DNA of 64,000 nt from positions 21,869 to 85,868 of the forward strand of contig MHDC01000040.1 in assembly GCA_001803415.1 (NCBI GenBank), written 5' to 3'. Both the position numbers and the translations under genes were made by a program. Under the pieces are notes generated by a model that worked only from the letters and a program-made list of their open reading frames with translations, ran no database searches and was not told where the DNA came from. This document shows, piece by piece, positions 1 through 10,444 of this stretch; within the stretch, counting starts at the first letter, position 1, and the number at the start of each line of letters is the position of its first letter. The stretch is from Microgenomates group bacterium RBG_16_45_19 (lineage in GTDB: Bacteria > Patescibacteriota > Microgenomatia > UBA1400 > RBG-16-45-19).

Positions 1-697
1 CGTTCAACCGGTTCCAGATTACTACCAGAAACTGACTCAATCACTTAAAGGCAAAACCATCGGTATTCCCACTGATCTTTATGGTGACGGTCTTGATGAG
101 CCAATTAAGACTGCTATTCTCAAGCAAAAAAAAGTATTTCAAGCCTTAGGTTTAAAATTGGTCGAACTTAAAATGCCCCTGCTTCGTTACGGTTTAGCCG
201 TTTACTATTTGATCGGTCTTAGTGAAACCAGTTCCAATCTAGCTCGTTATGACGGTCTCCGTTTTGGCCAAGATAGACACTTTTTTACCACGGAAACCAT
301 GAGACGAATTATGATTGGTACCTATGCTTTGTCCGCCGGTTATTATGACGCTTATTACCGTCAAGCTCAAAAAGGTCGGACTTTACTGATTCGTGAATAC
401 GACCAAGCCTTCACCCACTGCGATGTCTTGCTCATGCCAGTTAATCCTATCTCGCCCCCCAAATTTGGTGAACTGATTGCCGATCCCCTGACCAATATTA
501 TGGCTGATATCTATACGGTGACCCAAAACCCCGTTGGTCTTCCTTCCTTAGCTGTCCCTTGTGGCTTCACTCCAAACCAATTGCCAATTGGCCTGCAATT
601 AGTCGGTCAACTCTTTGCTGAAGATCTTTTATTAGCCATTGGCCACCAATACCAGCAAGTGACCACCTGGCACCTGCAAAAGCCCCAACTTCTATGA
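1..697 (+). CDS. gatA: Asp/Glu-tRNA amidotransferase subunit A, 5'-truncated by the window edge
   Basis: Frame is open from base 2 (VQPVPDYY...GKTIGIP). Contains SSNLARYDG and RRIMIGTYALSAGYYDAYY. Stop overlaps the gatB start. Confidence 0.96.
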   Translation, partial: VQPVPDYYQKLTQSLKGKTIGIPTDLYGDGLDEPIKTAILKQKKVFQALGLKLVELKMPLLRYGLAVYYLIGLSETSSNLARYDGLRFGQDRHFFTTETMRRIMIGTYALSAGYYDAYYRQAQKGRTLLIREYDQAFTHCDVLLMPVNPISPPKFGELIADPLTNIMADIYTVTQNPVGLPSLAVPCGFTPNQLPIGLQLVGQLFAEDLLLAIGHQYQQVTTWHLQKPQLL

Positions 698-2055
698 AAA
701 CCTATCTTCCTATCATCGGCCTGGAAATCCATGTTGAGCTGAGAACTAAATCCAAAATGTTTTGCGGCTGTCCCGCCGATCATTTTGGCAAAGAGCCTAA
801 TACCCAAACTTGTCCGGTCTGCTTAGGCTTACCCGGAGCCCTACCCGTCCCCAATCAGCAAGCCATCATCTGGACTTTAATGATTGGTCAAGCTTTTAAC
901 GCCACTCTCAATCTTGAGTCTAAATTTGACCGCAAACATTATTTTTACCCCGATTTACCCAAAGGCTATCAAATCAGCCAGTACGATGAGCCGCTCTGTA
1001 GTGGGGGAGTGGTAACTTTGCCTGAAGGTGTCATTTCCCTAACCCGGATCCACTTGGAAGAAGATACCGGTAAACTTCAACATACTACTTTGAATGGTCA
1101 ACCGGTCAGCCTGGTCGATTTTAACCGCTCCGGCGTCCCCTTAGTCGAAATCGTCTCCGAACCCCAAATTCACTCGGCTGCCACCGCTAAGACTTATGCT
1201 CAGACCATCAGGCAAATCATCCACTTTTTGGGTGTCTCCGACTGCGATATGGAGAAAGGCTCCATGCGCCTTGAGGCTAATATCAGCTTGATGTCCATAA
1301 ATCCCGGATCTAAACCTCAGACAGATCCGGGATTTATTAGGTTGCCCCAGTATAAAGTTGAAGTCAAAAACATCAATTCCTTCCGTTTTTTAGAAAAGGC
1401 GATAAACGCCGAAATCCAACGCCAAACCGCTATTTTAGACCGCGGTCAACTGCCCCGACAGGAAACTCGAGGCTTTACCGAAGTTACCGGCACTACCAAA
1501 TCTCAGCGTTCTAAAGAAGCAGCCAAAGACTACCGCTATTTCCCGGAACCGGATATTCCGCCGCTTAAATTTACTCCCAGTCAATTCAAAACACTTATTC
1601 CCCAGTTACCCCTGATGCCTCAAGCGTACCTCGACCTTTTTATCAAGACATATGACCTTCGACCGGATTATGCCCAGACTTTAACCGCCTCGCCTAAACT
1701 GGCCGCGAAGTCTCTGGCCGCTTTCATATTAGCTCAAAAACAAGGTCTTGATCCCGCGGCTTTAGCCAACCTGATGATTAACCAAAAAGCGATCACGGTC
1801 AAATTGTCGCCTTCAGCCTTGGTCAACTTGCTTCAATCTAAAATCAAAACATCTCAGCCACAGTCTAAGACTACCACCTTAATGCCCTTAGTTCGTGAAG
1901 TCCTTAAGCAAAATCCGGATTTGGTTACCAAATATCACCAAGGCAAAGTTAGCGTCATTGGGGCTTTGATTGGTGCCGTTAAAAAACTAAGTCCCTCTCC
2001 GGTCGATCCCCAGACAGTACAACAGTTGCTAACTCAAGCCTTGGCCCAAAAATGA
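694..2055 (+). CDS. gatB: Asp/Glu-tRNA amidotransferase subunit B
   Basis: IGLEIHVEL, CPVCLGLPGALP, FDRKHYFYPDLPKGYQISQ and DYRYFPEPD motifs. Confidence 0.97.
   Translation: MKTYLPIIGLEIHVELRTKSKMFCGCPADHFGKEPNTQTCPVCLGLPGALPVPNQQAIIWTLMIGQAFNATLNLESKFDRKHYFYPDLPKGYQISQYDEPLCSGGVVTLPEGVISLTRIHLEEDTGKLQHTTLNGQPVSLVDFNRSGVPLVEIVSEPQIHSAATAKTYAQTIRQIIHFLGVSDCDMEKGSMRLEANISLMSINPGSKPQTDPGFIRLPQYKVEVKNINSFRFLEKAINAEIQRQTAILDRGQLPRQETRGFTEVTGTTKSQRSKEAAKDYRYFPEPDIPPLKFTPSQFKTLIPQLPLMPQAYLDLFIKTYDLRPDYAQTLTASPKLAAKSLAAFILAQKQGLDPAALANLMINQKAITVKLSPSALVNLLQSKIKTSQPQSKTTTLMPLVREVLKQNPDLVTKYHQGKVSVIGALIGAVKKLSPSPVDPQTVQQLLTQALAQK
1297..1337. repeat. Perfect 15-bp inverted repeat inside gatB
   Basis: ATAAATCCCGGATCT (1297-1311), 11-nt loop, AGATCCGGGATTTAT (1323-1337). 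Confidence 0.85.
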
Positions 2056-2082
2056 TTAAATGGCTTTATACTGATTCTTATT

Positions 2083-5000
2083 ATGCCAGATTTTGTTCAT
2101 CTCCACGTTCATTCGGAATACTCTCTCTTGGATGGCTTGGCTAAAATCCCTAAATTAGTCGAACGGGTTAAAGCCCATGGCCAATCAGCCGTGGCTTTAA
2201 CCGACCATGGCGCCATGTATGGCTGCGTCCATTTTTACAATGCCTGTCAAGAAGCTGGCCTTAAACCGATCATTGGGGTGGAAACTTATTTTGCCGAAGT
2301 CTCTCGTTTTAATAAACAATCCCGGCCGGGAGCCGATCAATTCCATTTGCTTCTCTTGGCCAAAAATGATCAGGGTTACCATAACCTCCTCAAACTTATT
2401 TCCTTGGCTCATTTGGAGGGTTTTTCCTACAAAGCCCGCATCGATTGGGAGAGTTTGAGCCAATATCACGACGGTCTTATCGCTACCACTGGTTGTGCCT
2501 CTGGTCTAATCCCCAAAAAATTACGTGATCACCGAGATGAGGAAGCCATAAAATGGATCAAACAGTTTCAAACTCTGTTCGGTTCTGATTTCTACGTCGA
2601 AATCCAGTCTCACCCCTCCCTCCCGGAAATTGAACCGTTGCGGGACCAAATGGTTGACTTGGCTAAACGCTACGGTTTGCCTCTTGTGGCTACCAATGAC
2701 GTCCATTACGTCGATGCGACTGACGCTTCCGCCCAAGACGCTCTCTTAGCCATCCAAACCAGAAAAACTCTTAATGATCCCAATCGGTTGTCTATGCTCG
2801 CTTCTCCTGATTACTACCTCAAAAGTAGTGCCGAAATGGTCGAAGCCTTAGCCGCCTATCCCGAAGCCTTAGCCAATACCCTCAAAATTGCCGACCAGTG
2901 TCAAGTCAGCTTACCCATCGGCAAAATGATTTTCCCGGAATATCCGCTTCAATCCGGGGCTACTCCTGAGAGTACTTTGCATCAGATTACTCATACTCGA
3001 CTGGCCGATCGTTTTCCTCAAGCCTCGACGGCCATTCTCGACCGTTTAAACTACGAACTCGATGTCATCTGTCAAAAAGGCTATGCCTCTTACTTCTTAA
3101 TCGTTCAAGATTTTGTAAACTGGGCTAAAGCCCAAGGCATCCGGGTTGGGCCGGGTCGGGGTTCGGCTGCCGGCTCGCTCGTCTCTTATGTCTTAAGGAT
3201 TACTTCAATTGACCCGCTCCAACATAATTTGCCCTTTGAACGCTTTATGAATCCCCAGCGGCCGTCACCGCCCGATATTGATATTGATATTGCTGATGTA
3301 CACCGGGATGAAGTCATCCGTTACGTGGCTAATAAATACGGTGAAGACCACGTGGCTCAAATCATCACCTTCGGCACCATGGAAGCCCGGGGTGCCATTC
3401 GGGATATCGGTCGGGTTATGGGCTTACCTTATGCTGAGCCCGATAAGATCGCTAAATTAATCCCCTTGGGTTACACCATTGACGAAGCCTTGTCTTCTAC
3501 TCTGGAACTTCAAGAATATTACCGCCAACCCAATTACCGGCGTTTGTTGGAACTGGCCAAAAAAGTTGAAGGTAACGCCCGTCATGCCTCCACCCATGCC
3601 GCTGGGGTGGTCATTGCCGATAAACCCTTGACCGAATATACCCCAATTCAGCGGGAAAGCCGGGGCGGTAAAATTGTCACTCAATACGATATGTACGCTT
3701 TGGATTTAAATATTAACGAAAACGCGATCGGCTTGTTAAAAATGGACTTTTTAGGTCTTAGGAATCTCTCTATCTTAGGCCAAGCCGTAGACTATGTGGC
3801 TCAGGCTCATCAGCACACCGTCGATCTCTCCAACCTCCCCCTGGATGATCCCGATGTCTTTGCCCTTTTATCTAAAGGTGAAACCACTGGTATTTTCCAG
3901 CTCGAATCGCCGGGAATGCGCCGGGTGGCCCAAAAATTAAAACCCAGCCGCTTTTCGGACATCACCGCCATGGTCGCTTTGTATCGTCCCGGTCCGATGC
4001 AACTGATTGACGATTTTATCGCCGGTAAAAATGACGCCGCCAAAATCCATTATCCCCATAAAGATCTCAAACCGGTGTTGGAGGAAACCTACGGCATTCC
4101 CGTTTATCAGGAACAAGTACTCCAAATTGCCCATGTCTTTGCCGGCTATAGTCTGAGTGAAGCTGACATTTTACGGCGGGCAATCGGTAAAAAGAAAAAG
4201 TCGATTTTAGACAAAGAGAAAAAGCGCTTTATCCAAGGATCACAAGCCAACGGTTACACCGTCAAGGATGCTGAAAAAATTTGGGGTTTTATTGAAAAAT
4301 TTGCCGGTTATGGGTTCAATAAAGCCCATTCCGCCTCTTACGCCATGATCGCCTACCAAACGGCCTATCTCAAAGCTAAATATCCGGTCGAGTACATGAC
4401 AGCGCTGCTCTCCGTCGAATCCGCTTCGCACTCCGCGGCCAAAGATGATAAGGTCAACCAGGGGATTGAAGAGTGTCACCGCATGGGCATCGTGGTGCTG
4501 CCCCCAGATATTAATGCTTCTCGAGCTAATTTTACTATCGAAGCTCATCCACCGTTGTTAGAACACAAGGCTATTCGTTATGGTTTGGGTGCCATCAAAA
4601 ACGTCGGTACCAGTGCCATTACTTCGATTATTGAGACCAAAGCTACTCACGGTCCCTTCACTTCCCTCACTGATTTTCTTGAAGCCGTTGATAGTCAAAA
4701 GGTAAACAAAAAGGTTTTAGAAAGTCTCGTCAAAGTTGGTTGTTTTGATCGCTTTAAAACCCGACGGGCTATCCTCGAAGCTCTTGACCAATTGCGTCAA
4801 CAGGTCCTCTTGAGTCACAAAGCGCGCCACCAGGACCAGACTGGTCTATTTACTACCGAAGCGATTGGCACCGACACCTTTGTCAACCTGCCCGAATTTC
4901 CACTCAACGTTTTAAGCCAATATGAAATCGAGTTGTTGGGGACCTCTCTCAATCAAGCCGGCAAAGTCGACTTAACCAGCCTCATCACCCAACAGGGTGC

Positions 5001-5505
5001 TACCCCTTTAAGTCAAATTGATGAATCTCTGATTGGTCAAACATTAACCGTCATCGGCCGGATCAAAACCGTCCGTCAAATTACCACTAAAAACAGTCAT
5101 CTTCCTATGGCCTTTGTCACTCTAGGCGACAACGGTCAGGCCTTAGATTTAGTTTTCTTCCCCAAAAGTTATCAGCAGGCTGCGTCCAGTCTGATCGCGG
5201 ACAACTTGCTCGTGGCCAAAGGCACTCTCGACCAGCGTACGGATCGACTCTCTCTCATCGTTTCCGGTTTTGAAGCGGTGACCGATACCACCGCCCCGGC
5301 CGCCAATACCTTAAACCTACCCCGGGATACTTCTCCGGCTACCCTGAAACAACTTGGACAGCTCCTAAAACAGCATCCCGGTCCAGATCAGCTCGTCATT
5401 CAAATTGTCAGCGGCAGTCGGCCGCAAACCTTAAAACTGCCCTATACCGTTGATTTTTCTCCATCCGTGAAGGACCAAATCGCCAGCCTCCTCCAATCCA
5501 GCTAA
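2083..5505 (+). CDS. dnaE: DNA polymerase III alpha subunit
   Basis: PHP domain HLHVHSEYSLLDG, GRGSAAGS, PDIDID, FNKAHSASY and a C-terminal OB fold. Confidence 0.98.
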   Translation: MPDFVHLHVHSEYSLLDGLAKIPKLVERVKAHGQSAVALTDHGAMYGCVHFYNACQEAGLKPIIGVETYFAEVSRFNKQSRPGADQFHLLLLAKNDQGYHNLLKLISLAHLEGFSYKARIDWESLSQYHDGLIATTGCASGLIPKKLRDHRDEEAIKWIKQFQTLFGSDFYVEIQSHPSLPEIEPLRDQMVDLAKRYGLPLVATNDVHYVDATDASAQDALLAIQTRKTLNDPNRLSMLASPDYYLKSSAEMVEALAAYPEALANTLKIADQCQVSLPIGKMIFPEYPLQSGATPESTLHQITHTRLADRFPQASTAILDRLNYELDVICQKGYASYFLIVQDFVNWAKAQGIRVGPGRGSAAGSLVSYVLRITSIDPLQHNLPFERFMNPQRPSPPDIDIDIADVHRDEVIRYVANKYGEDHVAQIITFGTMEARGAIRDIGRVMGLPYAEPDKIAKLIPLGYTIDEALSSTLELQEYYRQPNYRRLLELAKKVEGNARHASTHAAGVVIADKPLTEYTPIQRESRGGKIVTQYDMYALDLNINENAIGLLKMDFLGLRNLSILGQAVDYVAQAHQHTVDLSNLPLDDPDVFALLSKGETTGIFQLESPGMRRVAQKLKPSRFSDITAMVALYRPGPMQLIDDFIAGKNDAAKIHYPHKDLKPVLEETYGIPVYQEQVLQIAHVFAGYSLSEADILRRAIGKKKKSILDKEKKRFIQGSQANGYTVKDAEKIWGFIEKFAGYGFNKAHSASYAMIAYQTAYLKAKYPVEYMTALLSVESASHSAAKDDKVNQGIEECHRMGIVVLPPDINASRANFTIEAHPPLLEHKAIRYGLGAIKNVGTSAITSIIETKATHGPFTSLTDFLEAVDSQKVNKKVLESLVKVGCFDRFKTRRAILEALDQLRQQVLLSHKARHQDQTGLFTTEAIGTDTFVNLPEFPLNVLSQYEIELLGTSLNQAGKVDLTSLITQQGATPLSQIDESLIGQTLTVIGRIKTVRQITTKNSHLPMAFVTLGDNGQALDLVFFPKSYQQAASSLIADNLLVAKGTLDQRTDRLSLIVSGFEAVTDTTAPAANTLNLPRDTSPATLKQLGQLLKQHPGPDQLVIQIVSGSRPQTLKLPYTVDFSPSVKDQIASLLQSS

Positions 5506-5519
5506 TGTTACAATAACCT

Positions 5520-7202
5520 ATGCCATTAAGGACCAAATATATCTTCGTTTCTGGTGGGGTTCTCTCCGGGGTGGGTAAGGGTACCGTCACTGCCTCATTA
5601 GCCTTGCTCCTTAAAAGCCATGGTTATCGGGTGACTGTCGTTAAATGCGAAAATTACCTAAATTTGGATGCCGGTCTGATCAATCCCATTGAACATGGTG
5701 ATCCCTTTTTATGTGAGGATGGTGCCGAGACCGATATGGACATCGGTACCTACGAAAAATTCTTAAACCAAAATTTAGGTTTGGACAATTTCATCACCAT
5801 GGGTCAAATTTATCATCAAGTAATTAATCAGGAACGTAACTTTTTCTATCGGGGTGAGGATGTCGAGGCGATTCCTCATGTCACTGATGAAATTATCCGC
5901 CGCATCCACGTCGCCGCCGACAAGGATGAGGCAGAAATCTGTGTGGTTGAGTTGGGTGGTACTGCTGGCGAATACCAAAATGCCCTTTATTATGAAGCCG
6001 CTCGACTCATGACTGCGGTCAATCAGACCACCGTTATCCATGTTCATGTCAGCTATTTACCCACGCCACCTCACTTGGGTGAACCCAAGACTAAGCCAAC
6101 TCAATTATCGGTAAAAACTTTAAACTCTATGGGTATCCAACCCAACTTCATCGTGGCTCGTTCGACTGCCCGTCTAGATCAACGTCGTCGGCAACGTTTT
6201 TCCTTATTTTGTTCCGTTACCCCTTCTCACATTATCGATGCTCCCGACCTGTCCAGCGTTTATGAACTACCCCTAATCCTGGCTGACCAAAACTTTGACC
6301 AACTCTTACTTAAAGATATGGGTTTACGTGCCAAACCCAGACAAATGTCTGCCTGGAAAAGTTTGGTTAAAAAAATCCAATCACCCAAAAAAGGTCAGGT
6401 TAAAATCGCTATTGTCGGTAAATACTTTGCCACGGGCGCTTACCATTTGCGGGACGCCTACGCCGCCCTTTATGATGCCCTTGACCATGCTACTCTCTTT
6501 CACGATTTAACTCTGGAAGTCATCGGCCTGGACAGTCATAAAGAGACTGACCTTCCGGCTCAACTAAAAGTCGCTGACGGCATTATTGTGCCCATCGGTT
6601 GGGGTCCCCGGGGTGTCCCCGGTAAACTGGCCGCCATTCAATACGCCCGTGAGCACCAAGTCCCTTATTTAGGCTTGTGCTTTGGCATGCAGCTAGCGGT
6701 GGTGGAATTCGCCCGCCACTTGTTAAATCTCAAAACCGCCCATTCTACCGAAATTGATCCCCATACCCAAGATCCCGTCATCCACAGTATTCCCTTTGAT
6801 CCCAAATACCAACGGATTAAGGGCGACGGTACCAGCATGCGTCTTGGAAGTTATGACTGTCTGGTCAAACCTAAAACCTTAACTTACCAAATTTACGCCA
6901 AACACCACGGCTTTATTAATCCGGCTAAAGGCTTGGTGGCCGAACGTCATCGCCACCGTTATGAAGTCAATAACACTTATCGCCAAACCTTAGCCACGGC
7001 CGGTTTAGTCTTTTCCGGCGTCAGTCCCGACAACTTTTTTGTCGAAATGATCGAATTACCTCCCAAAATCCACCCCTTCTTTATTGGCACTCAAGGTCAC
7101 CCGGAATATAAATCCCGTCCCTTAAAGCCCCATCCTTTATTCTTGGAATTCATCCGGGCCGCTTATCTTCATCACCATCAAGGCCGGCTTGCCAAGACTT
7201 AA
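5520..7202 (+). CDS. pyrG: CTP synthase
   Basis: GGVLSGVGKG, GEPKTKPTQ, GLCFGMQ, ERHRHRYEVN and GHPEYKS motifs. Confidence 0.97.
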   Translation: MPLRTKYIFVSGGVLSGVGKGTVTASLALLLKSHGYRVTVVKCENYLNLDAGLINPIEHGDPFLCEDGAETDMDIGTYEKFLNQNLGLDNFITMGQIYHQVINQERNFFYRGEDVEAIPHVTDEIIRRIHVAADKDEAEICVVELGGTAGEYQNALYYEAARLMTAVNQTTVIHVHVSYLPTPPHLGEPKTKPTQLSVKTLNSMGIQPNFIVARSTARLDQRRRQRFSLFCSVTPSHIIDAPDLSSVYELPLILADQNFDQLLLKDMGLRAKPRQMSAWKSLVKKIQSPKKGQVKIAIVGKYFATGAYHLRDAYAALYDALDHATLFHDLTLEVIGLDSHKETDLPAQLKVADGIIVPIGWGPRGVPGKLAAIQYAREHQVPYLGLCFGMQLAVVEFARHLLNLKTAHSTEIDPHTQDPVIHSIPFDPKYQRIKGDGTSMRLGSYDCLVKPKTLTYQIYAKHHGFINPAKGLVAERHRHRYEVNNTYRQTLATAGLVFSGVSPDNFFVEMIELPPKIHPFFIGTQGHPEYKSRPLKPHPLFLEFIRAAYLHHHQGRLAKT

Positions 7203-7235
7203 GGGCCTTGTTACAATACCCCGGATCCAAATTTT

Positions 7236-7598
7236 ATGGCTAATTCTTTCACTCATCAAACCCATGCCTATCATGTCGGGGATCATGTCGCCGTCTACCA
7301 AAAGATTGAGGAAGAAGGTAAATTAAGAACTCAAGTCTTTGATGGGGTCATCATTGCCATTAAGGGTAGGGGAGCCGGCCAAACTTTTACCGTTCGTAAA
7401 ATTGCGGCGGGTAACATTGGTGTCGAAAGGATCATACCGGTTCACTCACCTCGTTTAGACAAACTGGTTATTAAGAGTCACGGTTCGGTTCGTCGCGCCA
7501 AGTTGTACTATTTGCGCTCCCGGAGCGGCCGCCTGGCCCTAAGAGTCAAGGAAAAAAAGACCACTACCACTCCACCCAAATCCAAGTCCAAAGCTTGA
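7236..7598 (+). CDS. rplS: 50S ribosomal protein L19
   Basis: TFTVRKI, GVERI and VRRAKLYYLR motifs. Confidence 0.97.
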   Translation: MANSFTHQTHAYHVGDHVAVYQKIEEEGKLRTQVFDGVIIAIKGRGAGQTFTVRKIAAGNIGVERIIPVHSPRLDKLVIKSHGSVRRAKLYYLRSRSGRLALRVKEKKTTTTPPKSKSKA

Positions 7599-7640
7599 TC
7601 TTCACCTCCGGATAAGGCTATAATTCCCCTGATATTTCTT

Positions 7641-7712
7641 GGGCCCGTAGCTCAGCGGTAGAGCGACAGCCTTTTAAGCTGTGCGTCGAAGGTTCGATCC
7701 CTTCCGGGCTCA
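7641..7712 (+). tRNA. tRNA-Lys (anticodon TTT)
   Basis: Cloverleaf with acceptor GGGCCCG/CGGGCTC, anticodon arm ACAGC-CTTTTAA-GCTGT and T arm GAAGG-TTCGATC-CCTTC. No encoded CCA. TATAAT at 7619. Confidence 0.95.
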
Positions 7713-7719
7713 CCCACTT

Positions 7720-7794
7720 GGCCCCATCGTCTAGTGGTTAGGACAACGGGTTTTCATCCCGTAAACCAGGGTCCGACTCCCTGTGGGGTCACCA
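7720..7794 (+). tRNA. tRNA-Glu (anticodon TTC)
   Basis: Acceptor GGCCCCA/TGGGGTC followed by ACCA. Anticodon arm ACGGG-TTTTCAT-CCCGT. T arm CAGGG-TCCGACT-CCCTG. Confidence 0.93.
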
Positions 7795-7863
7795 ATAGGG
7801 GATTGATTTATAAGCATACTTTCCCTGCTGGAAATTTGGTTTAAGTCCCATTAAGCTGGATTA

Positions 7864-8541
7864 ATGAATCGGTTTCAAGCTCATTGGGGTGAGTACTTGG
7901 GCGATGCCGTCTACGGCGCCCTGGATGGCACGGTCACCACTTTTGCCGTCATGGCTGGTGCCGCCGGCGCCCATCTCTCCACCCCTGTAATCATGATTAT
8001 GGGTTTAGCCAACCTCTTTGCCGACGGCTTTTCCATGGCCGTGGGCAATTATCTCGCTCAAAAAAGTTATAACCAATTTATCGACCGGGAACTAAACGAT
8101 TCTCTGGCTCAGATTAAAGCGGACGACGACCAAATTAGTCATATGATTAGTCGGTCTTATCGTCGCCAAGGCTTTTCCGGCCATACCTTGCGCCATATAC
8201 TGCACGATCTGCGTCGTCACCCGAAAATCTATGCTCAGGAAGCCCTAACCGCCCAAAAACTGGCAACTCAACCCCGCCACCCGGTGACTAGTAGTCTGGT
8301 AACCTTTATTGCCTTTGTCCTGATCGGTCTCATGCCCATCTTACCGATCCTCCTTATCCCTCAGCTTAATTTCTGGTCTACTTTCGGTTTTATCGCCCTG
8401 GTATTATTCCTGGTCGGTTCGCTCCGTTCCTACATTTCTTTGGTTACCTGGTACCGCGGTGGTTTAGAAATCATGCTGGCCGGTCTTGGTGCTTCCCTGA
8501 TCGCCTTCACCATCGGCTCAATCCTCAGTCAACTGGTTTAA
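7864..8541 (+). CDS. VIT1/CCC1 family Fe/Mn transporter
   Basis: DAVYGALDGTVTTFAV and GLANLFADGFSMAVGNYL signatures with about five TM helices. Confidence 0.9.
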   Translation: MNRFQAHWGEYLGDAVYGALDGTVTTFAVMAGAAGAHLSTPVIMIMGLANLFADGFSMAVGNYLAQKSYNQFIDRELNDSLAQIKADDDQISHMISRSYRRQGFSGHTLRHILHDLRRHPKIYAQEALTAQKLATQPRHPVTSSLVTFIAFVLIGLMPILPILLIPQLNFWSTFGFIALVLFLVGSLRSYISLVTWYRGGLEIMLAGLGASLIAFTIGSILSQLV

Positions 8542-8570
8542 TTTCCCCCTGCCTCAGGTATAATTGAGCC

Positions 8571-10397
8571 ATGGCAACATCGGTCAAGACGGAACTGCTT
8601 GAAACCATCAAACTGGCTTTAACCCAACTCAAACTTAAACCGGTTGAGTTTTCCTTGGAACACCCGGCCAATGAAGCTCATGGCGATTACGCCGCTAATA
8701 TCGCTTTTGTACTTTATCCTCAAGTTGAAGACCAATGGTCAAATCCGCTTCAATTAGCCGAAGCTATTGTTGCTGCCATTAAATTAAAGGTCAGTCATCA
8801 ATCATCATCCATCATCGATTCTGTCTCTGTTGCCGGTCCTGGATTTATTAATTTTAGCCTCAAACCCGAGCATTTCCTTGACTACCTTAATCAGCTCATT
8901 AACTCAAAACAGATTCCTTTGACCACGGATCCTTTCATTAAGCAGCGTATCTGTGTCGAATATACCGACCCCAATCCTTTTAAAGAACTACATCTCGGCC
9001 ACCTATATTCCAACATTATTGGTGAAACCATGGCCCGCCTCTACGAAGCGGTTGGGGCTAAAGTCTGGCGGGCCGATTATTACGGTGACGTCGGCCAGCA
9101 CGTGGCTAAAGCCATTTGGGGCATGCAGCAATTATTAACTCAAACTCATACCACTTTGCCCAATTTAGCCAAAAAATCACTGTTAGAAAGGCAAAAATTC
9201 TTGGGTCAAAGCTATGCTTATGGTGTCAAACAGTTCGAGTCCGACCCTGAAGTTAAAGCCACCATTAATCGCCTCAATCCCTTGATCTATGCCATCGCTC
9301 AAGCTCTCCATCAAGCCAATGGTTGGCAGCCGGTGGTTGAGTATGAAGTCCATGTACCCCAGTCGGATTTTAATCGCGGTGAAATCAGGTCACTTTATCA
9401 ATCTGGTTTGGCTTGGAGTTTAGAGTATTTTGAATCGCTCTATCAATTCCTAGGTACCAAGTTTGACGGTTATTATCCCGAAAGTTTGATGGGGGAGTAC
9501 GGTTACCGTTTAGTCCAACACGGACTCAAACAAGGCGTTTTTACCAAAAGTCAGGGAGCCATCATTTTCCCGGGTGAGAAACATGGCACCCATACCCGGG
9601 TTTTTATTAACAAACTTAATTTGCCTACTTACGAAGCCAAAGAATTAGGCTTAGCACCGGCCAAATACCAAGACTTCCCCTATGACCAATCGCTGATTGT
9701 CACCGGGACCGAAATTAAAGACTACTTCAAGGTGGTCTTAACCGCTATGAAACTGGTTAGTCCTGATTTAGGTCATATAACCACCGTTTTATCTCACGGT
9801 ATGGTCAAACTCCCTCAGGGTAAAATGTCCTCTCGCTCGGGTAATGTTGTTACCGTCCAGGGTTTAATCGCTGAGGCCTCTGCCTATGCCCGCACTCTTT
9901 TTTCCGCCGAGACTCATTTGCCTGCCAAAGCCATGGATCAGATTGCTCAGGCTGTAGGTCTGGCCTCGATTCGTTACGCCTTTCTCAAAGGTGATGTCAC
10001 CACCGATGTTATTTTTGACTTTAAACAATCGATCAGTTTCGAGGGTAACTCCGGACCCTATCTCCAGTATACTTATGCTCGCTGCGCTTCGGTTCTATCA
10101 AAATCCCCATTAAAAATTAAAAACTTTAAATTAAAAATGGGAGCGTTAAATCCGGAAGAGTTGGCATTACTCCGCTGGTTTTACCGCTATCCTGAAGTGG
10201 TTGCCGCTGCTGCTCAAAACCTAACCCCGCACCTGCTATGTACCTACCTATATGAGTTAGCTCATCGGTTTAACCTCTTTTACCACCACCATTTAATTAT
10301 AGGTTCGGATTTCCGTCTGGGGCTGACCACCGCCACCGCCAAGATCTTAAAATCCGGTCTTGAGCTTTTGGGTATCGAGGCACCCGAAAAAATGTAA
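8571..10397 (+). CDS. argS: Arginine--tRNA ligase
   Basis: HLGH, KMSSRSG, GNSGPYLQYTYAR and C-terminal LGIEAPEKM. Confidence 0.97.
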   Translation: MATSVKTELLETIKLALTQLKLKPVEFSLEHPANEAHGDYAANIAFVLYPQVEDQWSNPLQLAEAIVAAIKLKVSHQSSSIIDSVSVAGPGFINFSLKPEHFLDYLNQLINSKQIPLTTDPFIKQRICVEYTDPNPFKELHLGHLYSNIIGETMARLYEAVGAKVWRADYYGDVGQHVAKAIWGMQQLLTQTHTTLPNLAKKSLLERQKFLGQSYAYGVKQFESDPEVKATINRLNPLIYAIAQALHQANGWQPVVEYEVHVPQSDFNRGEIRSLYQSGLAWSLEYFESLYQFLGTKFDGYYPESLMGEYGYRLVQHGLKQGVFTKSQGAIIFPGEKHGTHTRVFINKLNLPTYEAKELGLAPAKYQDFPYDQSLIVTGTEIKDYFKVVLTAMKLVSPDLGHITTVLSHGMVKLPQGKMSSRSGNVVTVQGLIAEASAYARTLFSAETHLPAKAMDQIAQAVGLASIRYAFLKGDVTTDVIFDFKQSISFEGNSGPYLQYTYARCASVLSKSPLKIKNFKLKMGALNPEELALLRWFYRYPEVVAAAAQNLTPHLLCTYLYELAHRFNLFYHHHLIIGSDFRLGLTTATAKILKSGLELLGIEAPEKM

Positions 10398-10407
10398 TAT
10401 TTGCCTT

Positions 10408-10436
10408 TTGACTTTCAAATTGCCTCAAGATACAAT
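10408..10436 (+). promoter_or_regulatory. Sigma70 promoter of atp operon 1 (near-leaderless atpB)
   Basis: TTGACT, 17-bp spacer, TACAAT. The atpB ATG is 8 nt downstream and has no SD. Confidence 0.7.
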
Positions 10437-10444
10437 CCATCTGC

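Noticed and set aside
2083..5505. Intein or intron in dnaE
   Set aside because: Length and motif spacing are normal, and no splicing motifs were seen.
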